DNA of 64,000 nt, taken from NCBI RefSeq assembly GCF_964194025.1, contig NC_134477.1:52452001-52516000 (forward strand). The letters run 5' to 3'. Both the position numbers and the translations under genes were made by a program. The notes under the pieces were generated by a model that saw only the letters and a list, made by a program, of their open reading frames with translations, searched no databases and was not told where the DNA came from. Numbering within the stretch: position 1 is the first letter of the stretch; each line of letters opens with the position of its first letter. This DNA comes from Convolutriloba macropyga (Eukaryota). Of the stretch, positions 35,820 through 50,000 are shown piece by piece.

Positions 35820-37880
35820 GGGGGGAGGAACTATATACTCAAATGGGTTTTTTTTTGTTCAGTGAATTTTCGCCGATCGATACATTCATCGTAGAGAGTT
35901 GAGAGTGGTATCATTAGAAAGCTCGTCCAGCGTAGAATATGGAATTAAAAAGATTTTTTTAATTTTCGTTTTCTACAGGGAGTTATCGAGGTTTAAAGTT
36001 TTGTGAAAATAGTGTGAATTCCGTTGATTTTTATTCACATTTTACGGAATTTTCGCTAATTTTTGACCAAAATTTCGCCAATTTTGCTAAAATTTGTCAA
36101 CATTTTTTAAAAACTTGTTGTTGATTTTATTTTTAAATATAAAAAATCTTCTCGGCTTTTCTTATTTTGAATTTCTTCTGAGAACTTCAGAGAAGTAGAG
36201 TGAATTCCCGTTGTTTTTATTCACATTTTCCGGAATTTTTGCCTAAATTTTCGTCAATTTTGCTAAAATTTGTTATAATTTTTAAGAATAGTGTCGTTGA
36301 AGACGAACAAGCATTGTTCATTGTTTTGATTTAATTTTTTTGGTCAAAAAATGTGGATAAATATTTCAAAATTTAGCCTTTTTCAACAAAAACAGCACGA
36401 AATAAGCTACTTTAGTCCGTTTTGATTAAGTTTGCCGGCAGTACACCTCCAAACAACACTCATACAATCTTTGTAGACTCAGAGGGGGGCTATTTCTACT
36501 TCAGAGTACGCTGAGAGTGCTCTGTAGTTAAAACTTTGCCTTTTTTTGCTAACTTTACTCGTTGATTATCAAAAATGCAGAACTTATTTTGAGTTTTCAA
36601 CTAACAAATTATCTATATCTGCAACATTCGAAAATCAAATGTTCCTAACGGACAATAAGCAATAGCAGGGCTTGTTTTGGGCCATTCTTGGACTGCTACC
36701 ACCCAAAGAAATCGGGTTGTAATCAGTCGGTCTTTTTTTTTAAAAAAAAAGGACCCTTTCTTTAAAAATAAAAAACAGAACATATCGAATCAATGCTCAG
36801 GAGTGATAGGTCCAACCAGTTTGCTTACTAAAAAGCTCCAAGCTAATCCATTTAAATTTTAACTTGAAAGTTTATGGTCGTTTCTTTTAAAAATAATTGA
36901 CTTTTCAATAAATAATGGCTTAATTAAGTTTTCCTCTATTTTTTTCTTAATTTGTTCAACTTCCAGCTTAGTGTCTGCAAAAAAAGAATGCTTCTTCTTT
37001 CTACTGATTTAACATTTCTTCTCGGTTGCAGTTTTAAGCCTGAAGTTATTGTTTTCTGGCTTTGATACTACAAGATTTCAGATTTTTGTTTGTTTCGATA
37101 TTTGCCAGTTTTTCACGTTTCCGAATTTTGTCACATTATCACATTATTGACAGTTCTCTTGTCACATTATTAGCGTTAAAAATAAAGCACAATTGAACAT
37201 ATTGAAATCCTGAATGATATACATAATCGTTTTAACGGCCTCGACGCCTCTTTCTTGAAGAAATCAATTGAATTTTTTAATTTTGTTTTTAACTGTCATT
37301 TATACTTTGTCGTTTCGGTCGTATGAAATTTCCTGCATAGTGATAACTTTCATTGGCTTTTCGTGGAAGAATAGAAGAACCGATATTCTGATATTAGTAA
37401 ATAGCTGATGGCTTTCATGACTTTGAAAACAATCGTTTTCCAAAATTAAAAAAAAAAAACTTTTTAACTTCGCAATTTTGTTCTTTTTATGTTTCTTTTT
37501 GTTAGCTAATCTCGTTATTTCATTACAGGTCAAATATGACATTATGGGTGTCAAGGGAATAAAAGGGATTGGTGTCCCAAAATCTTTTTTTTAATGAATT
37601 TGTTATGACCTTAGTGGCTTCGACACCGGTTTTTCACAAAAATGTAAATTAATTTGATTTTTGTCTTATTTGACATTCTTTTTGTAGATGCGAGAAATAT
37701 TCTGGGTAACTGCAGGTCTCGAGGGCTTCCTTTTTTTGAATAAACGACCCTATTCAAATAGTTCTGTTTGTAATTAATGCCTTTTATGACATTGAATGTA
37801 ATTTTTATTCGAAAAAAAAATTGAAATTATTTCATACTTTAGCACTTCGCTTTTTTGTCTACTTGTTACCTAGTCTTACT
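35820..37880 (+). mobile_element. Dispersed repeat family D (unclassified), longest copy; carries the empty T-run site
   Basis: Starts GGGGAGGAACTATATACTCAAATGGG-T-run-GTTCAG; homologous to 22910-23757 (inverted) and to 44365-44395 plus 46343-46820. Confidence 0.7.
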
Positions 37881-40800
37881 AATGAATGGCCACGTACTAC
37901 TTTATAGCTGTTTGATGAAGGCGCAATCGAATATATTTTGAGGGACAAAATATGGCTCGAGGGTTTTGGCAGCGTTTTCTGGCAAGTTTCAATTGAAATT
38001 TTGTTTGTTTTTTTTGTTGTTCATTTTAGCCGCTTTAAAAAATGAATAAGGACAGGTCCTAATGCCCTTCTCTAGAAACAGTGGTAATTGTAAATTTGTG
38101 GTTATGTTAATTGATTCCTAATGGTATTTATTACTTTGAAGTTAACTGTTTCAAAAAAATAAGTTATATTTTTCACTTTAATGTTTTTGTTCTTTTTTGT
38201 ATAATTGTTACCAAACCTTTTTATGGACTGGTCGCATATGGTTTCTGGTGATTTATTAGTTATTTTTGTTTAGTTTTAGGTTTATCTGACGGTATGTTGA
38301 CTTTGTTATTAAATTTAGTTTTTAAGAGGGAAAAAAATTTTTTTATGTAAATAATGTTTGTTGCTGTTGTTGTTGTTTGTTTTTGACGTTCATCTTGACT
38401 CGCTTTCTTAATATTGACATATTACATCAAGCTAATGCATCAATTTTTAACTCCACTGAGTTATTTGCTTTGGAGGCTATCTTATCGTTCATACAGAATT
38501 TTTTGAAAAAGACTTTTCGCAAAAAATAATTTTTGGGTTTTTCTATCTGTTCCTCATTTGCTAGACAATTATGCCAAAATTGTGGATGGGCGGGGTCGGA
38601 ACTTTATGTGCCATCGCACATTACCGAGCCGCCTTGTTTATTTCAGATGCAATTTGTATTCGTCACTTCTGACGTAGTCTGTTGTTACTGACTCAATATA
38701 ATTACGACCCTGCTAATCGATTGAACTGTTTCATTCTAATTGATTGAACGATTTCATATCAAACAGTGCTGAAGTTTATTGTGAATATTTTGACTAAATT
38801 TATCAGTTCTGGACCTCAAAGCTATTGTACTACTTATCCTAACCAAGATTCCCAAAATGTCACTTTCCTACAAGAGCCTCCAATTGGCAAGCATTCCTCT
38901 CTTATTCTTCATTCTCTTCTGTTCTCCGTTGCTGTCTCTGTTCCTGTTTGGAGTTATCCTCACTTTACTTTTCATCGACTGTGATATATCGACTAAACTG
39001 CTTGAGATATTTGGAACGAAGCCAGGTTAGATCTTAAAACTTTTCAAATGAACTAATTGCTGAATTTTGCATCAAGAAGCAGAACTTCAACTGATGTATA
39101 ACTGGAAAAATTCTTGGCGGTTTACAAGGATTAGATTGTTTTTAGCTATTATTAGTGGTATTGCACTCTTTTTAAGGACGCTTTATTCCTTCATGGTAAC
39201 AGCAATAAGAATGACAGCAAAAAGAATCCTAGACAACGAACTTTTAATTTGAGGCAACAAAATCTGAGCTTTTAAATAACAAACTGTATAACTTTTTACA
39301 GGGTAGAGTATCTTCGTAATCAGCTTGATAAATTTGACCGTTTTTGAAAGTAAGCAAATGAATTTCTGTAAATCATTTTGTCACAGCTAAATTATATGTA
39401 AGAAACAGCAAAATATCTCCTCAGATTGAAAATGTTTCGCCGGACACCTTGAATGGGATGATTTAGCACTCTGGTTTGAACAACCTGGGTAGGAGTTGTT
39501 CATTCATATCACCCGAGAAATAGATTTAAAAAATTTTTTGTTTGAGAGTGAAGCGGCGCCGTTATGAACTGAAAGCAGCCTTGACACGAACCCTGTTTAT
39601 ATGAATGAAGCTGCGCTGAGGCGAGTTTGGTTTGAATGATTTGTCTGTATTGTTCATGCATTCTTATTACAATTTGTATTAACATAATGAGTCTTCAGCG
39701 TTGAGTTGACTTTGTTTTGTATTTTGAATTATCAGTGCAACGCCTGTTCACATGCAATTTTAGTCGGTACCTATGTATATATCGGTCAACACTTTTTCGA
39801 GTTTAATGCTTGACGTGATGTGGAGAAATGAACGTCAATCGCCGATTCAAACCAGCAATTTGGGATTTCGAGCAGCTTGCTTTGAATCTCGTGTCCTGGG
39901 TGTGAATTTTCATTTGTTGAAGAGACGATCTGTCTGCGTGGGCAGACAAGTACCTGTCCTGTCGATGGAACCCAAGGAGGAGTAATGGAAATTAGACAGA
40001 GGGAATAGCCGTTAATGTAGAAAACAGTCGAAAAGAATATTACTTGAAGCCTAATTGTTGCGCTAAAATAAAAAAGACTAAAGATATGAAAAGCAAACCC
40101 TGCTAGAAACACAAACCGTTATAATTAGCAGTTTTTGTCTCTTGGAGGCATTTGATTTCTTTATCCGGCCTATTACTCTAGTGTTTTGAACCTATGCGCA
40201 CTAGTTCTATATCACCTCATAGTATTGACCGTTGTTAATTGCCCTCGAACGAAATTTGAAACAATTAATGTAAATGCGTGTGTCTTTTCTAGAAAAAAAT
40301 TGTTTTACGCTTAACCTCTTGATTTTGCAGGACTAAAATTGCTCTTTAATAGCCGCACAGCCATAGCTGGAGCTTTTATTGGCCTTCTCTTGTTTGTTTC
40401 ACAATTCAAAGAATTTGAAATGTATTGGTGTGCTGGCTTTTTTTAAAGATGTGTTCACATTTTGTTTTTGACCTTTCCTTCTCTATGAGAAGTCAAATTG
40501 GAGTGTTGATTTAAATTACACTGGAGCTGTAAGAAGAGCGAGAAGTGAGTAGTAATAAGGCGTGACAATGTTCCTGAATTCGAAGTCAATTGAGAAAAAG
40601 GTGTATAAACAGAATTTTGGATTTTGAGAGCAAATTTTTTTCGCATGCGGCGATTTTACTTGTTTTCACAGCTTTCTCTTTATACTCTGTTCGAATGCTT
40701 TTGAAATGTGATACGCGTATTCTTATAATGCACAATTCCAGTTGTGTAAACGTAACAAATGGCAACTATTGGTTTTCAAGACTTAGATGCTATTTGTCTT

Positions 40801-42922
40801 CATACAATATACATGATTTTTTATATGGCCTCTTTTTGTTATTTGTTATTTATTCTCTGTACTGAATGCTCTCAGTGGCTCTGTTTTAAGTTTTATTGAA
40901 ACTATTTCTTTCATTTGAATAGAAATCGAACGGTTTTAACGAATTTGACGTTACTTCAACGAAAAATTAACGACTCTTTGGATTTTTCCTTTTTATCGTA
41001 CTTTTTTTTTATTTTCTAAATCTGCTTCATTATTGAAAGCTCTAAGTAGCTTTTTAATGAGGCACATATTGGTCAATTTAAAGGTTTTTTACTCATGTCT
41101 AAGGGTTTTCACTATTTTGAAATGACTTGCAGTCATAAGTTATTGTTTTTTTCTTAGAATTTGCAGTTTTTTCGTTGTCTAAGTTGTTCTGTTTCTTGGT
41201 CTGAATGATGACAGTTCGTATTGGTTTATTTGTTAGGGATATTTGAGTTAATTTTGTTTTTTTTAGATACTCAATTGTTTAACGGATTTGACACTTGTTT
41301 TTGAAAATTATTTTTTTTACATTTTGCGAATTCTTTCAGTTTTTCCAATTGATCGGTCATTCAAACCAGCTAATGTCATTTCCTTAAGTTCTCTAGGGAG
41401 TCATGTTTGAATTTGTTAGACGTTTTTTCATAGCTAACAATTTAAACTACTATGATACGATGTTTTAAAAATTGATAATAATTTTGGATTTCGACCGTTT
41501 TTCGTGGTCCTCGATCCGTCCCATAGTAATTTACAAGGTCTGATTTGCTCTCCAATTAAGCTTAATTATGTTCATTTATGGGGTTCAGTTGACTTCTGAT
41601 AGTTTTGTTGACTTTGATATTTGTTAGCAAATTTTTTTTGTTATCTGCATTTGTTGCTACGTTTGTTGCATTTTCCCCCAATTCTTATATTGTTTCAATT
41701 GAAGTTAATATATGTTTTCTATCTATAGATAGTGGGAAAGAAGTTGTGGAGTTCAAGTTTTCTTTGCCTTTTCTATGTTTTTGATGCCACTTATTTTCAA
41801 TTAAATCTTGAAAAGATGTTTTTGCCAAAAGTTTTTGTCCTTTTACTTCGTCTCTGTGGTTTTCAATAAAGCTGGCGTTTGCTGCCTGAACACTCATTGT
41901 GTAACAGTCTTTGGAAGTTGATGTTGGTGGACATAATGACTTCGTTAGCCTTATTTTTCTAAAACTGCAAATGAACTAAATTTTGTTTTAGGTTTCACAG
42001 TGTTCTGTTTACTTTCCGCGGATGTCTTGGTATGTTACTTGTTTATTATCGGAGGCTGATCTTTTAAGGAGTCTGATAGTGTTTTCCTCCGTTTGTTAAA
42101 TTCTTGGAATTGTTAATCAGGACTGGTCATGCTATGTTTAATTCGCTGTCACAATTTTGTTGCGACCATATGACGTCACAACGACTTCAAATCTTCCACA
42201 ACGACTTGTTTATTCGTTCATGCAATTTCAAATAAATTGCGCGCGTGACGGTTTTTTCACTCTTAGTGGAGCTAGTTTTTTGTTCATTTGTGTCATCAAG
42301 TTTTTGTGTCACACTTGACGTACCTCACTCTCAAAAATAACCTCCTCACTCTGAAAGTGACTTTTCTTTACTTTAGATAGAGATACATTTCTTTACAAAG
42401 AGATAAGGTCAAGTGAATCTGTGTGAAGCAAAAATGTGTAAAGCATGTTGCTAAAGCAAAAGTGATTGTAAGATAAGCTATTACTTGTCGTTCGAGAGCA
42501 ATTTGTCCCACGGTAGGCTGTTCGTTTGTTTTTTTTGTGTTGGAAATAGCGCCGTTCCGATTGGTTGGTCCCTATCTGAGTCTCTCGAGGAAACCGAAGA
42601 CGAGAAATGAAGCAGAGCAGTAAGGCATCGGAAAATCTAGTCTTGCAATCAGGCAAATCAGACCGTTATTCGCAGGGCAGGGTGTCCGACTTCCATCAAT
42701 TTCTTGCTTCAAGTGCAAGTCAAAAATTGATTAAGAGAAGTTAGCTTCTAGAAGGACCGAGTAGTTTTCTATGCTTATTAAGCCAGTTATGTTGAGCTGT
42801 ATTAATACATAGGATTGGCTGAAATCAAAAGGGATTTTTCTTAAATTTGTTTTCATTGTCTCAATCTGAAAGAAGATAATGTAAGGTTTTTTCGATTTCT
42901 GTATAATGTTTTTGGACTTTAG

Positions 42923-43078
42923 AAAGTAGCGATCTTCGCAACTGTGTGGTGTGGATAACTGGCGCCTCTTCTGGCATTGGTGAACAACTGGCTTATGAGT
43001 TGAGCAGATGTGGATCTTCTCTCGTCTTGTCTGCTAGAAACAAAGAGCAGTTGGAGCGAGTGGCTGATAAATGTAAAG
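42923..43078 (+). CDS. DHRS7: DHRS7-like short-chain dehydrogenase/reductase, first recognised exon (Rossmann motif)
   Basis: VVWITGASSGIGEQLAYELSRCGSSLVLSARNKEQLERVADKCK; CTTTAG acceptor, G|GTCAGT donor; too short to appear in the ORF track. Confidence 0.9.
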
Positions 43079-43532
43079 GTCAGTGAGACAGATTTTGCAG
43101 ATAGCCGCGATCTAAATTTAAAATTTCCTTACTCATTAGTACTTACAAGATTCTATTACCCTGCATTACAAAAGCTGTAATCAGTGCTGTCAAAGGGGAT
43201 TAAACATAGCTAGCCAATCTGATTAGAAGTAAAACGTTTATATTGTTGAGATCAGGCTCATAAAAGGGACAAGCGTCAAGCTTCCGGCGCTTTAGATTTT
43301 CGACTTCCTGGGCTCCAGTGTTGTTGCATTACAGGTACTGATTCTTTTCTTGAAGATTTATTTTTCAAGTTTTATGCAACTTTGTTTACAGTTCGAATGC
43401 CAGCATACATTATACGATTACCTTCATTGTAAATATAAGAATCGTAGTTTTTCTGAACTCCAGTTGAAATTTTTCTTTACAATTAGGACTCATGAGCCGT
43501 ATTGTTACATTGAGTTCAAGTATTGAATTTAG

Positions 43533-43630
43533 AATTGAAGTGTGCCGAGTGCATGGTGCTTCCCTTCGATATTCTCAGTACTGATCAGCACCAGTCGTGT
43601 CTCGATTCAATTGTGGACAAATTTGGAAGG
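43533..43630 (+). CDS. DHRS7: DHRS7-like exon
   Basis: ELKCAECMVLPFDILSTDQHQSCLDSIVDKFGR; phase-1 acceptor, AGG|GTAAGT donor. Confidence 0.88.
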
Positions 43631-44395
43631 GTAAGTGCAAAGTTTTTAAATATAGCAAGTCTGTTAACTGTTTATTTGGTTGGGTTTTTTTGTGGGTTTC
43701 TTGTCCTTCATATTGGCTGTGATTGTCGTTATAAAAGTTCAAATGGGCCAGTTTGTTCGACGAATGATGTATGAGAGAACGCTGTATCATACCGAAATAA
43801 TGCATGCATTACAAACACTACAAAAAAATTCTTTAATGCCACGGAGGCATTCTTAAATGCATTGCTTACTTGTTGAATCTGTTCCTACTTACATTTACAA
43901 ATTTGCTCAATAGCTTTCAATTGGAGCTCATTACCCGCGTGGAAAAACGTGATTTTGCGAATTTAAGGGATAAGCGTTTTGAGTTGCGAGAAAGCGTGAG
44001 TATTCTACATCGCTGAAGTGTGAGAAATGCTTGATTATAGGATTATAGTAATTAAAACACACTCGCCTGGTTGTCGGCTGATTTTCCTCTAGATTTCGCG
44101 GATTTGAAGTTGAAAAATTGGTCGCAACGGTTGTAACTGTTTTCGGAAAAAGTTTCAATTTTGCTTTGCTTGATTCAATCACAATCGAGCGTGTAAGTTA
44201 GTTGCACTTTTTGCCATAAGTTTCAGGAAACCTGATTTTTTTGAATTCCATAAAGTATGTGTATATAAGCTCCACAAACAATAATTGAGGTCAGAATCTC
44301 AAATAACTAAATTCAAATTTTTGTTGAAAATTTTTCTACATCATTGTCTCGACACTTTTGGGTGGGGGAGGAACTATGTACTCAAATCGGTTTTT

Positions 44396-46342
44396 AATAG
44401 CCGCCCTCATCTTCTCAGCCGACTATTATAGCGCTCCTATTTTTTTACAATTCAAAGAATTTGAATGGTATTGGTGCGCTGTCTTTTTTTACGACTCGAA
44501 GAGGAGTATTGGAGAAGTCTTTTTTTTAAATCAATTTTATTGGAGTGATTTTTGAAGCGGGAAATGAAACGCGTGAAAAAATTTGGAGTGATTTTGGTGC
44601 TGAACAAAAGTGAAGAGCGGAGCGAAAAGAGAGTGGTTTTTGTTCATACCGCTGTTTTTGAGAGAGTGAGAAATTGTTGTGCGAAAAAATTTTCTCTAAG
44701 CGAGCGAAATTTTTTTGTTCACGTGCGGCATTTTAAAGCAGTTTTTTTTCATTAATTTTGGTTAAGAGGTTTGGTTATGATTTTGTTTTAATTTTAGGCT
44801 GGTTTCGGTAGTGATTTGAAGGTTTTTGGAAATTCATGTGAGTTTTATGATAATTCGGAGGTTTTTAATGTATTTTGATGATTTTCGGGCTAATTTTTGC
44901 GTTTTTTTGACAATTATTTTGTGTTACCAGGCTCAAATGGGTATTGAAGAAACCCCTTCTACTTGAGCAAATTTTTTTTTAACATTTGGTTACAGTTTTG
45001 TGGGTAGGAATCATTTTTTTGTTGAAAGTTTTTTAGCCTATTATGACGTGCCTACTGTTTTGCGAGCATCTGGATACCCTCTTTGCTGATGGGAATTTTT
45101 CTTTGGATTTATATGCTTTTGAAATTTTAAAAAAATTGATAATTTTTTTCAGTTTTTCAGTGAAAGTTGTTTTTAAGAGCTTTCTTTTCATTATTTAGCC
45201 TAAAGTATTTTTCAAAATTCACATAAATGGTTTTAGTAAGTGCTAGTTGTTTTGATGAAGTTATTTTGGCAAAGATAGTTTTTTCGGGATCTTAATTTAT
45301 AACAAAATTTGATCAGATTTTTTATCATATTTTAAAAGATTTGATTTTATTGTCTTTACTTTTTTGTTTCATGGTTTTGTTTCAAGTTAATCATAAATTA
45401 GTGTAGGCACGTTTTGTTTGATGAGTAGTTAGATGGCGTTTAAATGGTTTTTCTCTTCGAGTCGTTTCCGGAATTTCTTCCGGCTATGTTTTTTTTAAGA
45501 TCTGTTCACACATTTTCATGATTATTGAAGTCAAATTGGGGTAGTGATTTTGGTCACGCCGAAACAGGAAGTGGAGCGAAAAAGCGAGTGGTTTTGCGGC
45601 GTGAAATTTTTTCGCTCTAAATTTAAAGTAGAGTGAGAGAACGGTGTTTGAACAAAAATTCGCTTTCTCGCTAGTGGTTTTTTGTTCACATGCGGCAATT
45701 TCACTTTGATTTTTAGTTTTTTCGATTTTTTTGTATAGGATTTTTTTCGAAATGGTTTTCCCAATCCATTCATAGTCCGTTCTTGGTCTAGTTTTCTGTT
45801 TAGTCAATGAAAATTCTTTGAATTGTGTGTCAGGACTTGTCCTGCTATGTTTTTTTACTTCGTCGAATAAAAAAATGTTTCGCTTTACCTCATTTTGCCG
45901 CTTTTTCAATATTTTGCGTGATATCTTTTTGACTTCTCTAGGCTATTTTCTCTCTTCTCTCATTGTGCTAAAAGTGATTTTGAACATCAGTTGCTCAGCA
46001 AAGCATTTCAAAATGAAGAGTCAGTAAAAAAAAATTGAAGTCCGAAGTAGAAACGGGATAAACCCATAAAGCCCAATTTTAGATGCCCGCTATTTGAACG
46101 TCGTTCCTATAAGTCTTAGTTACCCTCTCTAATGCTTATTGGTATTGTTAGTAACCCCCTGTAGCCTCTCTCTAAGAAACAGAAGTACGTTATGTTCAAC
46201 TACGAAATGCCATCAAAATAAATCGGACTTAAAAAATGTTTTTGTACAAAAATCTTTTTTTTTCAATATCTTTTATTCTTTCAATCCCAATCATGCTTAT
46301 TGGAATCAACGGCGGCTATTTTCCGGCAATCTGCCAGGTATG
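44396..46342 (+). mobile_element. HINE-type element, family B, inserted in a T-run of family D and containing a family C element
   Basis: Perfect 10-bp inverted pair AATAGCCGCC (44396) / GGCGGCTATT (46311), 3' hairpin GGCA-ATC-TGCC; flanks rejoin to the uninterrupted sequence at 35830-35870. Confidence 0.85.
44491..45488 (+). mobile_element. HINE-type element, family C, nested in family B
   Basis: Perfect 13-bp inverted pair ACGACTCGAAGAG (44491) / CTCTTCGAGTCGT (45453), 3' hairpin CCGGAA-TTTC-TTCCGG; flanks rejoin to the empty site GCGCTGTC-T-run-AAGATCTG at ~63556-63580. Confidence 0.87.
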
Positions 46343-47000
46343 TTTTTTGTTCAGTCAATTTTCGCTGATCGATATACTCATCGTAAAGAGTTGTGAGTGG
46401 TATCATTAGAAAGCTTTTCCAGCGTAGAATATAGAATTGAATCGATTTTTTTGAATTTCAATTTTCGATGGAGTTGTCGAGGTTTAAAGTTTTGTCAATA
46501 TTTGGCTATTTTTACCAGTTTTTGTTCACGTCTAGTGTTGAAGACAGATGAGAGTTTTGCTTAGCTGTTTCATCCTCAAATCAGCTAACATTTTGGCTAA
46601 TTTTTTAAAAATTTCATCAGTTTTTCAATAAAAGTGCACTAACTATGCTTCTAGAGAACACTTTTTTTAAAAGAAATATCTCGATGTGCAAACCTAAAAT
46701 CTGGATGTACTGACACAGTCTTCTAAATTGCCAGAGACGGCTAGTCTTTCTTCTGCGATTTCTGAGAGTGTTCTGGATTCAACAATTTGCCGTTTTTTTC
46801 TAATTTAGCTCGATAATTATCCAAGACGCCTCATTTTGTTTTTGATATATTGACTTCTTCTGTAGGGTTATATATTCCGCTGACACTTGGATCACTTTTT
46901 GAAGGATCTGCCGCAAGATCATGAAAGGTTTAAGTCCAATAGTGGGTTTTTTGAAATTGAAAAAATGGAATTATTTATAGCGTTGTCTTTTTCTTTTAGT

Positions 47001-50000
47001 TTTTTGTCCTTTTTGTTCCTTTTTATGTTGATCGCCAGGATGGTGTTAAATCGTAATTACTAGATTTTTGCTCAGTGAACAATAAATATCATATAGGTGC
47101 AAATAATGGCCAATGAACACATTATATATTCAATTATAAAAAAGCGATGTCTTCATGGCTTCAACCCTGCGTTTGTGCACATTTGTTTTTTAATGTTTTG
47201 AGTTTTATTTGTTGTTATTTTGTGGTCTTGTGACTGAGTCGCACTATTGATTGGTCCAGCTAGAGTTCTGGGGAGCTAAAAGTAAATTTTTTTGGGGGTT
47301 TTCCTAAAAATTCATTGTTTTTGTCTTTCAGAAATATTTGTATTAATAAAGTAGTTTTCTGAGCTTTATGCAATATTTTTTCTGGCAAATTGTAGCTTCG
47401 TCCGCTGAGAGGTTGCGTTTTCTTCCAAATGAGTTGATACTTAGTTGCCAATGCGTTCTTGTTTTTGAAGACACTTTCTTTTGGTTTTCATTTTTTTTGG
47501 TTTCTTGACTTCCCATTTTTAAGGTTTTTAATTGCTCTCAAACGAAGTTTGTAGCAATTATATTAGTCCTGTCGGTCTTTTTTATGCGATTTTTTGTTTG
47601 ACCGATTTTTCTTCTGACGCTTTTGACTTTGTCTTTAAAAACGGGATAAACAGGTAGCGCTCAGCGGGCATTATGTGCTCTTAGAGCCTTTCAGCTCTGT
47701 TTCAGCTCAAACTGTTTTGGAGACCTATACTTATACTTATGGTGTGAAGGGCGGTTCTTAGAGGTTGAAGACACGCCCTCTGTTGACCCCCCTCCTATTG
47801 CCCCCACCGCGCTGTTACCCCCCACCCCAGTGTTGCCCCCCCCCCCAATCAGCCCCTGGTGCAAACCCCCCTCCCGTGGCTAGCTACTGACGAACAACCG
47901 CTTGCTAAAAACGCAATTTTATACTTTTCAATTTTTTTCAAGCTTTTTGAAAATTTTTGACAATTTTTGATTTTTATCAGCCTTAGGTGTCAAAAAACCT
48001 CCTCGAGGGTTTGATAATAATTTACTGCATTGTTTCTAGTGGTAATGGAATGGTTTCAACATTTTAACATCACGAATTTTAGCAATTTTTTGACAAAACG
48101 TGCATTTTTTTCAAGTTTTTTCCTTATTCAGGTCTTTCCAGACCCAGGGGCCAGGAAACATTCTAAGCGATTTGATAATAAGTTACTGACAAATTTTTAA
48201 TGGCCATGGAATAGTTTTCAACTTTTTAATGTCACAAATATTAGCAATTAGCAGTTTTTGTAGTTTTTTAGATTTTTTCAGCCTCAAGAGACAAGGAACC
48301 TACTCTAGGGTTTGAAAATAAGCTACTGAATAATTTCTAGATTGAACCGAATGTCTTGCAAAATTTTAACATCACGAAGTTTAGCATAATTTTGATAGTT
48401 TTTGACAGTTTTTTGATATTTATAGTCATTATTCAGAATTTTTGAGCCTCAAAGGTCAGAAAGCCTCCGTTGGATTTTAATACTAAGTTACTGGAAATTT
48501 TTTTGGTCATTGATTAATTTTCAACTTTAATATCACAAGTTTTTGAAATTTTTTTTAAAGAACTTGCAATTTTTTTCAAAATTTTTTGTCATGTTTTAGG
48601 TTTCTCTAGCTTCAAGGGCCACTGAACTTCCTCTAGGGTTTGACAATATTTTACTGCATAGTTTGTAGACGTAATGGAATGTTCTTCAAGATTTTATTTT
48701 CACGATTTTAGGCAATTTTTTTTTAAATATTTGCAATTTTCTTTTAATTTTTTTTGAATTTTTTCCGGCAACAGAGGCCCTGGGAACTCGTCCAAGGTTT
48801 GATAATAACCTGCTGCATAGTTTCTAGAGTTAATGGGTTGTTGATCAATGTTTTTTTATGACTCCTGTTTTAGTAACTTTTGGATGAAATTTAAACTTTT
48901 GCAAGTGTATGGATCTTTATGAGCCTGTGAAACTGTTTCAGACTAGCAACAGGGATACCGGATAGTCTCTTGAGACAATGAACTGGTTCTTAAGATATTA
49001 ATGTCTTGAAGTTTGGCAAGATTTTGTTAAAATTGCAATTTTGAAGTTTTTCAATATTTTGTCTTTTTATTAGTTTAACGACCATTACCGGCCAACAAAA
49101 CTTTTCAAGTCTCGGAGGTGGGTTACTTGACAGAAATTTCGAGACAAAAAATGCTTTTTTGAACTTTTTTATTGCGAAACTGAAAACTTTTTTTTTTAAT
49201 TTTGCCTTTCAGCTTTTCTATATGATTTATTTATTAACAAGGTTAGAAAACTAGAAGTTGCAGTGTCGAATCCAATCATGGAAGATATTCTTGTCTCTTT
49301 CTCTATTTTTCGATTAGGGTTCCTTTCCTTCTCTTTCTCGTTCACGTTTTAGCTCTCTCTCTCTCCCGCACACTCTCTTTTTGTTGATGCCGCACTTCAG
49401 CTGCTGTTATGTGGCGTAATGTCATCTCTGATCCTCATTATCAATGAGTTATAGTTGAAATATTTTTTATCATAAATGATCTAACAGGCATTTTTTAGGA
49501 AATCATTGTAATTGCTCTCAAAAGCAATTTCTAGCAAATATAATAATGCTGTTTGTATTTCATGCAATTTTTCGCTTGGCCTATTTTCCGTCTGACCCAA
49601 TTGACTTTCGTCTTCAGAAACGGGATACCGAGGTAGTGCCCTGAGGTCACTAAACCGTGGCTAGCTGTTAACGAAGCCAACAGCTCGCCGGTCGTTTGAG
49701 AGCAATTCGCCCGATGTTAGTCGGTTACGTTTGTTATTTTATTACATAAATGACTTGTTCCATTGCACAGAAATGTTGGAAGTTTGCAATTGAACGTCGC
49801 TAATGCTTTAAATGAAAAATTTTTATTTTTGGATGGCTATGACTTTGTTTTCTTGCAAAATTAGTTAAATTGTTTTTACTGTATTTGTTGTTCATTTTGT
49901 GGTCGTATGATAAATTTTAGATAATGGCAGGTCTGAATAGATTTATGGGGAGCTAGAAGAGAAGCTTCTTTAAGGATTTCTGTTCATAGATAAACATAGA

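Noticed and set aside
44358-46396. Cluster of short ORFs, with similar ORFs at 52332-54634, 58432-59190 and 63411
   Set aside because: All lie within non-autonomous repeats; their similarity reflects repeat copies, not genes
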